Shown here: one piece after another, positions 26,292 through 36,421 of the stretch
How the letters are laid out: each line of letters starts with the position of its first letter
Position numbering within the stretch: the stretch's first letter is position 1
Source of the DNA: a virus
Virus record (IMG/VR): IMGVR_UViG_3300034069_001154
Coordinates: 87 to 64,086 of that record
Reading direction: 5' to 3' (one strand)
DNA length: 64,000 nt
Position numbers and translations under genes: made by a program
The notes under the pieces: model-generated
Database searches by the model: none
What the model was told of the DNA's origin: nothing
What the model saw: the letters and a program-made list of their open reading frames with translations, nothing else

Positions 26292-27161
26292 TTATTCACC
26301 ACCACCTAAGGTCTTCATCATTTCTTCAAACTGCTTCTTCTGTTGGTAGTCTGAGATTTCCTGCTGTTTCTTAGATTCTATATCAAGTGGATTAATGCTC
26401 CGCTTTGTATTTTCATAGAACCAAGAAATAGTCTGCCTCACTGCCATCTCTGCAATATCTTTATCCTCCTCATCGATTTCATCACCTCTAAAGAATGCAC
26501 AATGGTCGGTCATAATAAACTCAAACTCAAAAGGAAGATCCTCTGAATCAAGCTTACAAAGTACTGCATGCTTACCTCCTTCTAATGTTGGTATCTTATC
26601 ATTACCATCTAGGAAGTAGGTTTTCCACTTGTTATAATCTAGGTAAGGAATTCTGATCTCTAAGTTAAACTCATTCTTATAATCAGGTTCCTTGTCAAGC
26701 CCTTTATGCTCTACATTGTTTACATTGTTGTCGCCGTAGAATATCCTAAGCTCTGGACAAATCTCTTCTTCCCAGAGTCTATCTAGCGCCTTATAACCTG
26801 ACCCGCTAAACATGAGAACTAATCTATCATTACTGTCAACTGCAATAAACTGACCATTAAATAGGAAACAATTACCAGGCTTTAATTCTGATAAGGCGCC
26901 TAAGAAATTCCTATCTTCGAACGTTCTACACTTAACTCCGTTTTCATCTTGTACCTCCTTATATTCAATCTCTTCACAGTCAGGACCAAAGTACTTATTC
27001 CACTCGTCCTTCTCTGTTTCTATGATTGACTTCTTAGGGAACTTACAGATATCCCACTCAATGATGGAATTTAATTTTTCTAGGATGTCTGGTTGATCTA
27101 ATTTTGCAATCCCCTTATTACATCCACACTTGTACTTGTTTTTTAATACCTCAATTACCAT
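26292..27161 (-). CDS. hypothetical protein
   Basis: 289 aa acidic ORF in the nadE operon. Confidence 0.75.
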   Translation of the reverse strand: MVIEVLKNKYKCGCNKGIAKLDQPDILEKLNSIIEWDICKFPKKSIIETEKDEWNKYFGPDCEEIEYKEVQDENGVKCRTFEDRNFLGALSELKPGNCFLFNGQFIAVDSNDRLVLMFSGSGYKALDRLWEEEICPELRIFYGDNNVNNVEHKGLDKEPDYKNEFNLEIRIPYLDYNKWKTYFLDGNDKIPTLEGGKHAVLCKLDSEDLPFEFEFIMTDHCAFFRGDEIDEEDKDIAEMAVRQTISWFYENTKRSINPLDIESKKQQEISDYQQKKQFEEMMKTLGGGE

Positions 27162-27493
27162 TACTTAATCTCTTCAAATATTACTGGACTAGTTATACCT
27201 CCTTGATGTTCTGGTAGTATTAGTTTTCCACCATTCACCATTGCCTGACCTAACGGAGAATCACTTACAAAATACTCACCAAAACTAGACAGGACGGACT
27301 TAATTCTTTTTCTAGCCTGCCTCAAGTCCTCAACAAGTTCTTTCTTCTTCTTGGCATTTGTTTCTGCTAACATTGATTCAACTTTGTAGAGAGTTTGATC
27401 TATTGGTTTGATTACCTCATCATACATGCTTCTCTCTACTAGATTCTTCTCTTGACTCACACCACATGGATACGTAATCTTGTATCTTTTCAT
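27161..27493 (-). CDS. hypothetical protein
   Basis: 110 aa; coupled start/stop with both neighbours. Confidence 0.7.
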   Translation of the reverse strand: MKRYKITYPCGVSQEKNLVERSMYDEVIKPIDQTLYKVESMLAETNAKKKKELVEDLRQARKRIKSVLSSFGEYFVSDSPLGQAMVNGGKLILPEHQGGITSPVIFEEIK

Positions 27494-28410
27494 AGCTTAA
27501 TTGGTCTATGCATTCGTTTATACTCTGTTCTCTTGTGACGATCTAAGATTCTGTTAACCATGTCGACGCCAATCTCATCTATCATCTTGTATAGTTTTGA
27601 TTGTAAGCCTCTGTTCCACAAATCTTTCTCGTCATTATTCATAGATAACCAAGTCTTGAGTACTTCATCGACCTGCTCATATGTACAACCTGGTGCAATC
27701 TGGTCAAGGTCACTAGCAGATGTTCCATTTCCGTCTGTTGGTACTATCTTAAGTGCATCTTCCAAGGCAGCCACAGCATAACCAGTTCTCTTGATCTCTT
27801 CATCATCCATGCCTTCTACTAGGGTCTCGCGATATTCAAGATATTCTGTGAGCAAGTAGTCAGTAACTTCATAGATATCTGACTTCCAAAGATTACCTAT
27901 TGGATTTACATCACCCTCGTCACCATGAATCGTCCAGAACCCAGTATTGTGCTCAGTCATGTTATCTGTATCAACTACAATTCCGCCAGTTTCCCCGGCC
28001 TTACAGTACAAGAAAATCATACGAAGTCTTGCCTTAATATTACCTAATGCAATGGCCGATAGGTTGGCGGGATCATCAGTTGAACTAGTCCCAATTGATA
28101 CAAAGGTGCTAGATTGAAGATACCAATTCTCAATGTTTACCTCCTTAAATTCATTACAAAACGCTAGTCCCGCATTTAACGCAGAACTAACCTCACCCTC
28201 TGCATTAGTCTTACACATCAAAGAGTAACCAAGCAACTTAACACCTGTCCTCTTAGCAACTTCATAACATAATGCGGCGCTTAATGTACTATCAATACCA
28301 CCACTCACACCAAGTACCATAGTTTTGATCTTGTTCTTCTCAAGGTAGTCTGATAGTTTCTCAATAATGTTCTTCTTAATACTTACTGAATAATCTCTAG
28401 TTCTATTCAT
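27490..28410 (-). CDS. nadE: NH3-dependent NAD+ synthetase
   Basis: LGVSGGIDS PP-loop, GNIKARLRM, DTDNMTE..GFWTIHGD, NPIGNLWKS, PTDG. Confidence 0.9.
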   Translation of the reverse strand: MNRTRDYSVSIKKNIIEKLSDYLEKNKIKTMVLGVSGGIDSTLSAALCYEVAKRTGVKLLGYSLMCKTNAEGEVSSALNAGLAFCNEFKEVNIENWYLQSSTFVSIGTSSTDDPANLSAIALGNIKARLRMIFLYCKAGETGGIVVDTDNMTEHNTGFWTIHGDEGDVNPIGNLWKSDIYEVTDYLLTEYLEYRETLVEGMDDEEIKRTGYAVAALEDALKIVPTDGNGTSASDLDQIAPGCTYEQVDEVLKTWLSMNNDEKDLWNRGLQSKLYKMIDEIGVDMVNRILDRHKRTEYKRMHRPIKL

Positions 28411-28470
28411 ATAAATAATTTTTTTGTTGTTACACTAATAAGGAAACTAAGGCAAAATAAAAAGGTAGTA

Positions 28471-28860
28471 CTACAGTATCTTAACATATTTTTCTATTAA
28501 CTTAGATACTCTACTATCATCTAGGTCTATATCTTTTGCACTAACCTGGAATGTATTTAATCTCTCGTATTCTGATTGTACGACACTGCTTCTAATCTCG
28601 AGACGATTTATTCCTGGTTTTGATCCATTCTTTAATTGCTCTTCTATTATATTTAAAATAGTGGCACTGTCTATGAATTTACTAGTTAACCTTATAAAAC
28701 TCAATATACAAGATCTAGGGGTGCGCAGGTCAACGCCTCCCTTATACAGCTTTCCAGAACCTCTTACGATTAAATCCCTACTGAACGCCACAGGTACCAT
28801 AATTCTAGCAAATATATAGTCACTAAATCTATTTTTATAGTAAACAACTTTTGCTTTCAT
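28471..28860 (-). CDS. hypothetical protein
   Basis: Similar to 28915-29247 (IIEEQL..G, SEY.RLN, DLDD..V.KLI); own promoter. Confidence 0.7.
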   Translation of the reverse strand: MKAKVVYYKNRFSDYIFARIMVPVAFSRDLIVRGSGKLYKGGVDLRTPRSCILSFIRLTSKFIDSATILNIIEEQLKNGSKPGINRLEIRSSVVQSEYERLNTFQVSAKDIDLDDSRVSKLIEKYVKIL

Positions 28861-28914
28861 ATTCTATTCATTCTACACTATTAAGGAAACTAAGACGAAA
28901 TAAAAAGAGTAGTA

Positions 28915-29247
28915 CTAACCACTCTTCTTGAATGTATCTATCAAATTAACTATCCAATTATCTTCTAGGTCTACAACATCTGTACCTATAATAATCTCAT
29001 AGTTCAACTTCTTGTATTCTGTAGATGCATTTCTATCACTTAGATCTAAACATCTACTCCATACTTCTTTCCCACCTATTAACTGTTCTTCCATAATTCT
29101 TAGGGCAGTTCTCCTTCTTATATATTTATCATTAGTCCTCGTAAATATTAATAAGGTCTCTGCACTAGATTTTATAACAGGCACTACTACATCAACGCAC
29201 TTAAGGCCAGTAGCTTTATTTTTATAGTAAGTAATTCCAATAATCAT
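28915..29247 (-). CDS. hypothetical protein
   Basis: Paralog of 28471-28860. Confidence 0.7.
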   Translation of the reverse strand: MIIGITYYKNKATGLKCVDVVVPVIKSSAETLLIFTRTNDKYIRRRTALRIMEEQLIGGKEVWSRCLDLSDRNASTEYKKLNYEIIIGTDVVDLEDNWIVNLIDTFKKSG

Positions 29248-30110
29248 AAGTTTTCTCTAATTAATTGTGATAGATCAGGTGTTGCTAGGACTTCAAAATT
29301 ACCATCATCCTTAAGCCATACAAGTCTCCTCGCAATAACTTTAAGTCCTATGTCTTCTAGTGGTATCTGATATGTACTGAATTGGGCATAATATTCACTA
29401 AGCGGTTCAGACAAGAAATCACTAAATGGACTTAACATCTTCTTACCTGTCGATCTTGCAAACTTATTCCTAATATCAACATTTGTCTTATAATCCGCTA
29501 TTACAAGACCACTATTCTCTGGGTTAACAGTATCTTTATAGTATAGTAATATATCTGCTGTCCCCGCTAGTTGTGTCTTAAGATGAGTACTAGGATCTGG
29601 ATTGCTATTTGTATATAACATCGCCTCTGCATACACAAAGTGAAGACATGGTGGAAGACTAGACCAATAATTGATAACTGCCTCCTCTTTACCCCTTGTT
29701 GGAATAAGCCAGTTTTTATCCCTTACATACTTACACTTACAAGACTCAGTTATTCTCTCAGGGTGACCATTTATTAAGTAAGAATAAGACTCCCCAAATT
29801 CATGTACAAGTGATCCGGTAATTGTAGACATCTTATTTTTCCACAACCACTTATCCTTCCAATATTCAGGAGTCTCACCATTTTTCTTAGCATAATTAGT
29901 AGCTGTCTGTTCTGTATCAAAAGGAGCCATATACTTACCCAACATAGTAGTAACAGAGGTCAACTGCTTACCATGAAGTGAATAAATATGTGGCTCTTCA
30001 AAAAATAGTAGGTCCTTGAATGATCTAAGTATGTGAGCCCTAATCTGTGTTACTTCCTGCGGTTCATTTTTCACCACGAACATTTTTGGTATGTCTGAGT
30101 AATCTTCCAT
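29244..30110 (-). CDS. PD-(D/E)XK family nuclease (exonuclease-like)
   Basis: TSVTTML, GSLVHE, AGTADILL, IADYKT, QFSTY motifs. Confidence 0.75.
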   Translation of the reverse strand: MEDYSDIPKMFVVKNEPQEVTQIRAHILRSFKDLLFFEEPHIYSLHGKQLTSVTTMLGKYMAPFDTEQTATNYAKKNGETPEYWKDKWLWKNKMSTITGSLVHEFGESYSYLINGHPERITESCKCKYVRDKNWLIPTRGKEEAVINYWSSLPPCLHFVYAEAMLYTNSNPDPSTHLKTQLAGTADILLYYKDTVNPENSGLVIADYKTNVDIRNKFARSTGKKMLSPFSDFLSEPLSEYYAQFSTYQIPLEDIGLKVIARRLVWLKDDGNFEVLATPDLSQLIRENL

Positions 30111-30273
30111 GTTTTTTATGTTAATTATCTGTTTTCTATTAATAAGGTTCCATGTCTACCCTACCTACGAAAATGTCAACTTGGCAGGGCAGGGTGACAA
30201 AAAGGCAGAGAAATTATTTTGGTATTTCATTTGTATTATTAGCGGTACAAGAATAACAAAAAAATTGAAAAAT

Positions 30274-30630
30274 ATGATGGATAGATTTATAAAGAACTAC
30301 GTTGATACAGCGATGTCACTTTTTGATGATACATGCAAGAGGGTAGTTAGTAAGGTTGAGAATACAGAGTCCGGTGCAAGAATAATTTTAGTAGTGCCAG
30401 GACTAGATAAAGATGACCTGAAGATTACAACAGAGGATGAAAGATTGACTGTTAGTGGTGTGAATAAAGAAAACAGTGAAACTAAGGTACTACCAGATTT
30501 CAAAGAGTCATTCTATGTAGGGAGGGAAATTGATATGAATAATATTAGTGCAAGCCTTAAGAATGGTGTACTCTTGATCAACTTGCAAAAGAAAAAGGGA
30601 CTCGCAGGAAAACAGATTATGATTGACTAA
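30274..30630 (+). CDS. small heat-shock protein (Hsp20/alpha-crystallin)
   Basis: VPGLDKDDLKI..EDERLTVSG..ISASLKNGVLLINL; start reassigned from 30109 to the ATG after an A-tract. Confidence 0.85.
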   Translation: MMDRFIKNYVDTAMSLFDDTCKRVVSKVENTESGARIILVVPGLDKDDLKITTEDERLTVSGVNKENSETKVLPDFKESFYVGREIDMNNISASLKNGVLLINLQKKKGLAGKQIMID

Positions 30631-30679
30631 AAAAGAAGGAGAGATTGGTAAACTACCTTTCTCTCTTTTTTAATTTGCA

Positions 30680-30968
30680 AAAAAAAACGACTGGATGTTG
30701 AGAAACTTTCTTCGGTCATTTTTTGACGTGAACAACCTCAATCCCAACATCCTATCTCTACCAGTATTACAGCCAATAACGGGTATAGATATATCCTCTT
30801 GGCCTCCCGCCTGACTCGCAATACATAGCTCACCTTTATCGCTCTAGGGTATCTCAGCGTCTCGTGACTAATTAAGCATATCTAACAATAAGATATGAGA
30901 CTCATAAAACTGAGCAAAACTAAGCCTATACAGTACCATGTATTTCAATGGATTACTGCACCTCTTTC
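30680..30968 (-). ncRNA. multi-copy structured ncRNA, copy C (divergent)
   Basis: TTTTG-CTCAG-TTTTATG..CTGAG-ATACCC, AGC/GCT hairpin, GTATT/AATAC helix, ACTGGTAGAG, terminal GATAGGATG/CATCCAGTC plus U-tract; promoter at about 30968-30988. Confidence 0.68.
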
Positions 30969-31005
30969 ATATTTAAGGATTCTAGGGCTTTATAATCAGA
31001 GAACG

Positions 31006-31275
31006 AAAAAAAAATAAACGGCTAGGAGTTAATCATTTATGAATGATTTCCTTTCGACTCCCTACCTCTACCAGTACCGTACTATACATGTGTGTCAAAG
31101 CACTCTCGAAATATAGCTCCTGCGTACATGGCTCACCTATACCGCCCTAGGGTATCTCAATTTTAGACTAGTGATTATAAAATTGAGCAAAATTCATCAA
31201 TCCGAATACCTCTTTCCTCTGCCGGCGATTATTGGCAGAACATCTACTCCAGGGCTTACGGATTCCATTCTATTC
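31006..31275 (-). ncRNA. multi-copy structured ncRNA, copy D (closest to copy A)
   Basis: Alignable to copy A end to end with compensatory changes (TCTGCC/GGCAGA vs CCTATC/GATAGG; GGC/GCC vs AGC/GCT). Confidence 0.75.
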
Positions 31276-31347
31276 ACTATTAAGGGATTGAAGACTTTTG
31301 AATTACACTGCCATATATTAGCTGGCGAAATAAAAAGAGAGAATACC

Positions 31348-32373
31348 TTACTCGATATTCTCTTTCTTACTACCCGACCACTTAACGGGTTCAAAATCAT
31401 CATCACTTAGTTTGTAGTATACGCCTGGCATGATACAGTCTCCATCTACACGCCAAGATACTACCTCCACTGGCACTAAATTTCCTTGGTCATCTTCTTT
31501 AGTCTTAGTGAGTGTAATCCAACTACCAAGACCTGCACTAACGATTGAATTACTACCTGCATATATAGTACAATTCTTACCAGTGCTTTTTATAATAGAC
31601 CCCTCACCAACTGCACTAATGAAAGTTCTGTCACCGCAACTATAAATCTCAGTCTCGTCCCCTGTTGTACTTATTTTATTGCAAACTCCAAGTGCTATAA
31701 TGTTTGCAAAATCGTCTGATCTACTTATTGTTATATCTTCACCATCAGCGCATATAGTACTACGATAACCACTAACAGAAATACAATGACCACTTCCCCA
31801 AGCAACTACAATACTACGAGTACCTGTAGCTCTTATTGTATTACGCTCACCACCTACAAATATATTAGATTCATCTCCTGTTGAACTAACTTTTGTTTCA
31901 ACCCCGCTTACTCTTACCCTTGCACAATAACTATTTGTCGATATTAAGGAACCATCATAGCCAGAGCACAAGTCTTTACTGAGACTACTATTAGAGTTTA
32001 GTCTTATAAATTCATACCTTACATCATTATATTCAACTCTAACAGGCATCTTACTGTCCACTTTAAGTTGCCCAATACTAGCAGTGGCCGCATATGTTAA
32101 GTCTACCTCTTCGACTACCTTAAGTTTCGTTGCTTCATACTTAGTTCCGCTATTTTCTTTACTTACTTTTCCAGACAGTACACACTTTACAAGTGTCGAT
32201 CTTAACATTGGGTGAAAGCTAAAAAGTCGAACCGGAAAAGTCTCACCCTCAAACATATCACTTGGGTCTGTAGTATATGACTCACCAATTTCAAATTTCT
32301 TACCACGCCTATCAATTCCAAACTCATCTAATGTCTTAAATGCAATTACTTCTTTTTGATTCTTCTTCGACAT
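31348..32373 (-). CDS. phage protein with a conserved N-terminal domain (AFK...GKKFEIGESY) and Gly/Ser-rich beta-solenoid-like repeats
   Basis: Repeating S.G..S.I...G units in the C-terminal half. Confidence 0.7.
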   Translation of the reverse strand: MSKKNQKEVIAFKTLDEFGIDRRGKKFEIGESYTTDPSDMFEGETFPVRLFSFHPMLRSTLVKCVLSGKVSKENSGTKYEATKLKVVEEVDLTYAATASIGQLKVDSKMPVRVEYNDVRYEFIRLNSNSSLSKDLCSGYDGSLISTNSYCARVRVSGVETKVSSTGDESNIFVGGERNTIRATGTRSIVVAWGSGHCISVSGYRSTICADGEDITISRSDDFANIIALGVCNKISTTGDETEIYSCGDRTFISAVGEGSIIKSTGKNCTIYAGSNSIVSAGLGSWITLTKTKEDDQGNLVPVEVVSWRVDGDCIMPGVYYKLSDDDFEPVKWSGSKKENIE

Positions 32374-32455
32374 GTTTTTTCTATTTTCACACTAGTAAGG
32401 TATTAAGAGGAAATAAAAATAAAGGCCAGGAATTTAGTTTCCCAGCCTATATACT

Positions 32456-33550
32456 CTAACTATTTATTCTATCCTTACCACTCTTGCTTGTGATAATACA
32501 TGTAGATCTTTTATACATGTCTTCTACTTTCTTGACCCCTACATAAGACATTGCACTTCTAAGGTATGAATCAAGGTTATCAATCCACCCAGGCAAGTCA
32601 TCCGTAACAGTTAGAATCTTACTAGTACCTTCAGATGTTTTTGTCTTAGTACCATTCATAGCGACCTGACCTTCTGCACTAGCCATACCATAAAATACTT
32701 TCTTCACGGTCAGTCCATCCTCAAGCCACTTACTGATTACTTCAAAATCTTCTCTATTCTTTGGTACCACACTATCTTTGGCGCTATTATCCTGACTACT
32801 TATCGCGACGTATTCTCCACTGCTGCCTATGAGTGAGCTGAATAATCCCCCTATCATAACATAATCAGCCCCTAGTGATAATGCCTTCACCACATCAGCA
32901 TAAGATCTAATACCACCATCAGCAATTATCTTAGCAGTATGTTCTCCGTCGCACCTCATGTCATCTTTAAGTTGCGCCATCTTATCTAGTAGTGTAGCAG
33001 GGGGACAATGTATACCAGTCTGAGTTGAAGTGATACATCCAAGTCCACCACCAATACCAACTCTTACATAATCCGCGCCACACTTAGATAGAGGTATGAT
33101 TGATTCGGGATTAGCTATATTTCCTACCATCACCTCAAGACTACTACCATAATGATTCTTGGCGCGTCTCACTAGGTCTTGTACTTTCTCCATGTGACCG
33201 TTAGCAACATCAATCAGTGCCCTAGCCGTTCCAATTACTGTACTTGTGCCTCCTGAAAAATGACTACTAAATTCACCAAGACTAAATGCAGCCCACTTAC
33301 CAGATAATGCATGCTCTAATCTAATACCCAGCTCAATTGTTCTAGGTAATATAGGATGAATACCAAGCTCCCTATAGTAATCTTCATTCTCAAGTCCCAC
33401 TACTGAATTCATTGGGGCTGTGAAGATAGGGTACATATTATCATCTTCTCTCCTTGCATTACACTCTGACCTACTACTTATAAAACTTGTCGTAGCCGGT
33501 AAGATAAATACATCATCATACGAATAATAAATTTCACTCTTGTCTAACAT
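32456..33550 (-). CDS. guaC: GMP reductase / IMPDH-family protein
   Basis: YSYDDVFILP, IFTAPM, IDVANGH, VMVGNIA, VGIGGGLGCIT (catalytic Cys), IIADGGI, ADYVMIGG, FYGMAS, LRSAMSYVG. Confidence 0.85.
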   Translation of the reverse strand: MLDKSEIYYSYDDVFILPATTSFISSRSECNARREDDNMYPIFTAPMNSVVGLENEDYYRELGIHPILPRTIELGIRLEHALSGKWAAFSLGEFSSHFSGGTSTVIGTARALIDVANGHMEKVQDLVRRAKNHYGSSLEVMVGNIANPESIIPLSKCGADYVRVGIGGGLGCITSTQTGIHCPPATLLDKMAQLKDDMRCDGEHTAKIIADGGIRSYADVVKALSLGADYVMIGGLFSSLIGSSGEYVAISSQDNSAKDSVVPKNREDFEVISKWLEDGLTVKKVFYGMASAEGQVAMNGTKTKTSEGTSKILTVTDDLPGWIDNLDSYLRSAMSYVGVKKVEDMYKRSTCIITSKSGKDRINS

Positions 33551-33596
33551 AAATTATCTTTTATTATTATCACACCATTAAGGAACCTAAGACTGA

Positions 33597-34070
33597 CTAC
33601 CATGCAAAATTACTACGTAGTCTCATTAGGTCTCGTATGAACATTAACTTATCAGAACCATAACTCTTACTCGTTAGTTCATCCCTGTCTATCATAATGT
33701 CATAAACTTCCCTGCCTAATATAGTCCCATCATAGAAACTAAAACTTTCCACTTCATCGGTTATTACATAGTCCTTAAGTATCAATTGTATTTGTTTATG
33801 TGTTATGTATTTGCCGGCCGTTAGATTATCGGAGGGACTAATAACCCTAAAATACAGTCCCATAGGTTCTAGGTCTGTAAATTCTGATAGCTTCTTAATC
33901 TCAGGTGTCTCTCTTGGAAAATCTACTTCTGCAGGATAGAAGTTCATGCTGAAATATAAGTGTCTCAAATAATCCAGGAGATTTTTTGAACACCAACAAG
34001 ATAATCCTATGTAGGTACTAATATGTCCATTACAACAATCCCTAACCGCTAGTAACCGTGCTCTCTCCAT
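33597..34070 (-). CDS. hypothetical protein, paralog family 2
   Basis: KYITHK motif; 157 aa. Confidence 0.7.
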   Translation of the reverse strand: MERARLLAVRDCCNGHISTYIGLSCWCSKNLLDYLRHLYFSMNFYPAEVDFPRETPEIKKLSEFTDLEPMGLYFRVISPSDNLTAGKYITHKQIQLILKDYVITDEVESFSFYDGTILGREVYDIMIDRDELTSKSYGSDKLMFIRDLMRLRSNFAW

Positions 34071-34515
34071 TATGTAGTAGGTTTATAATGAATCTTAGTG
34101 CTGGTGATAGACTAGGTAGACTTCTCTTATCAATATCTGAAGGGTTCATGTCAACTATTACCTCTTCGAAAAAATAATTAACTTTCAAGGTATCTATCTT
34201 TCCCCTGCACCACACTCTTCCTATTACCTCTGCAGTCTCTAGGAATCTTCTTAACTGTTTCTTGGTAAATATCTTCATTCTATTTCCTCTCTCAGGTAGT
34301 ATGTCGCCCAAGTAGAAATAATAAACAGTTGGTACTAAGTTCTTAAAATGATCTATCGAGTATGTTGGTTCATTAGCTTTCCAACTAATACCTATAAGAG
34401 AGTTGTACAGATTATTAAAGTAATCCGTTAATTCTCTAGACCCTAATATTTTCACCTCTGCATAGATTCCAATTGAGCTTGTATGATTAGATCTTCTTAT
34501 TAATATCTTCAGCAC
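34042..34515 (-). CDS. hypothetical protein, paralog family 2
   Basis: KIFTKK motif; 157 aa. Confidence 0.7.
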   Translation of the reverse strand: MLKILIRRSNHTSSIGIYAEVKILGSRELTDYFNNLYNSLIGISWKANEPTYSIDHFKNLVPTVYYFYLGDILPERGNRMKIFTKKQLRRFLETAEVIGRVWCRGKIDTLKVNYFFEEVIVDMNPSDIDKRSLPSLSPALRFIINLLHNGESTVTSG

Positions 34516-34952
34516 TTCTTATTAAGTCATGTAAAAATTTAAGCCTCTTATTTTCCGGATCACACTTACCGAGAAACAAGTCTAGGTCTACCACTGTACT
34601 TATCTCTTCTATCTTATAATCACTCCTCTCTGCGATTAGTCTTATAAATCTATCTCGATCTAATATAAAATTTCCAAGCTTAGCCGTCTTCACTAATTCG
34701 TCTACCATCTTCTTAGTGGGAATCTTATGCTCCCCCTACAAAAAAGTCTACGTCTGTGGTAGAGAAATAGAATTCACGAGGGCTTAGATTTGAGAAACCA
34801 CTATAGCTTCCGTCAAAATTTCTTGACCAAAACATATCACTATTGATCAAGGATGAAATCTCCTCATTCGCCATGACAGTTAATCTTAAGTAACTCATTA
34901 TATCGGTTATATACCCAAAATACCATGTTACTGCTAAGCTACATTTTATCAT
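34487..34952 (-). pseudogene. family 2 paralog split by a one-base frameshift in a G5 run
   Basis: Removing one G from GGGGG (plus-strand C5, 34732-34736) joins ORFs 34725-34952 and 34487-34708 into 154 aa and restores HKIPTKKM. Confidence 0.72.
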
Positions 34953-34967
34953 AACTCTAACTCCCTT

Positions 34968-35459
34968 CTATGTATAACTTTTCCATAATATCACCTCTAA
35001 TACTCTTTTTAATCCAAAGTTAAAGTTAATACTACTCTCAGTATTATCTCGAAGAATACCTAAGTCAATAGTAACATCAAATAACTTTACAATTGGATCT
35101 ATAGTACCAATACTGAAACTTTCACCAACCGCATAGTGACAAAGTGGATCAATTGAAAGATGTCCTATGATGTCCCTGATAATTCTTATGGTGGGGAGCT
35201 TCATACTATTCATACAACATTCTGTGCCATTGACCATGAAATACACGTACACTTCCTCCGCATCATTCCTACCTATAGCCATGTCAATATGATTATACAA
35301 TTCACTATCAATAAGTGATTCTATATTTTCAGACCATAATGTTTTTAATCTCAGATAGCAACACATCCTCGGGAGATCTTTTTCCTTATAATATACAAAA
35401 GCTAACTTAGTCTTTACCTTCATGAAAAAGTCTCCTAACAAATTCATGGTACTGTCCAC
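34968..35459 (-). CDS. hypothetical protein, paralog family 2
   Basis: KLPTIR motif; N-terminus aligns with 34725-34952 (YLRL...E.I.SLI.S). Confidence 0.7.
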   Translation of the reverse strand: MDSTMNLLGDFFMKVKTKLAFVYYKEKDLPRMCCYLRLKTLWSENIESLIDSELYNHIDMAIGRNDAEEVYVYFMVNGTECCMNSMKLPTIRIIRDIIGHLSIDPLCHYAVGESFSIGTIDPIVKLFDVTIDLGILRDNTESSINFNFGLKRVLEVILWKSYT

Positions 35460-35889
35460 TACCTGCTTTTCTTAGTATCATTGATTGGTCTATATCTACC
35501 TCATAATCAAATACAGTCCACTTAGTATATTGAGAATTTCTTACTATTGAACCTAACACCCTATCCATCTCGCCTTCAAGAATTATAGTATCTTTCTCAG
35601 AGTATGTAAGTCCTAAGTTCTTCAAGTACCTAACAACATCTCTCTTTGTTGGATACTTTTTTACTTGACGTGGTGTGGCCGGGAAGTCTAACATAATAAA
35701 TACATCCGCGCGAGACTTAACACCTTCAAAGTAGATTGAATAGTTCAATGGTAAGCGACAAGGATTTTCAATAAACTTCATAATATCATCATTCATAGGT
35801 ACTCGCGCGGAAAAATATAGACTGTATGCTACTCCGTTTCTAAATATCAGATATACCTTTGTCCTCTTCTTTGCCATACCACCATTCAA
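35407..35889 (-). CDS. hypothetical protein, paralog family 2
   Basis: KYPTKR motif. Confidence 0.7.
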   Translation of the reverse strand: MNGGMAKKRTKVYLIFRNGVAYSLYFSARVPMNDDIMKFIENPCRLPLNYSIYFEGVKSRADVFIMLDFPATPRQVKKYPTKRDVVRYLKNLGLTYSEKDTIILEGEMDRVLGSIVRNSQYTKWTVFDYEVDIDQSMILRKAGSGQYHEFVRRLFHEGKD

Positions 35890-36421
35890 TTAATATAGAC
35901 ATCACTTCCTCCATCCAAATATATCTCTCACCTAGTAATGGAGGTTCGGAGCTCACTATTTTATCGTGTATCTCATACTTGTAATTACCAAACAGCTTCC
36001 CAGGTCTAGTAAAGTATGCAAAATCAGAATACATCCTTTCACTTACCATCCAATCCTGACTCCTCAAACGCTCTACTATCTTTCCTGCTTTAAAAATGTC
36101 AGTCCTATCAAGGAAACGGGCAATTACATCATCTACATATACTTCTACACTTACCAGGTCACCTAGTTGATCTCTACTTAATAACTCCCTAACACCTGCC
36201 AGTACTTCATTACCTATTGCTTTATCAGTAGGTCCTCTGTCCAGCCTATAAATAGTAGTCTTGTGTTTAGGAAGATTACTAACCTCAGAAAAATAAGTAC
36301 TCAATATAACTCTAGGTACTTTAATTGGAACTACATAAGCTACATGATTATAACAGTCAACGCAGATTTTTATTTTATAGTTTTTCTTCATCCTGTATAA
36401 GTTTTGTAAATATCTCATCAA
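35840..36421 (-). CDS. hypothetical protein, probable paralog family 2
   Basis: VVPIKVP N-terminal strand shared with neighbours. Confidence 0.65.
   Translation of the reverse strand: MMRYLQNLYRMKKNYKIKICVDCYNHVAYVVPIKVPRVILSTYFSEVSNLPKHKTTIYRLDRGPTDKAIGNEVLAGVRELLSRDQLGDLVSVEVYVDDVIARFLDRTDIFKAGKIVERLRSQDWMVSERMYSDFAYFTRPGKLFGNYKYEIHDKIVSSEPPLLGERYIWMEEVMSILIEWWYGKEEDKGISDI

Noticed and set aside
30130-30273. CIRCE or ROSE heat-shock element upstream of Hsp20
   Set aside because: No TTAGCACTC-N9-GAGTGCTAA repeat or ROSE-like hairpin recognisable
31171-31410. Two overlapping short ORFs on both strands
   Set aside because: Overlap ncRNA copy D and its promoter; no initiation context
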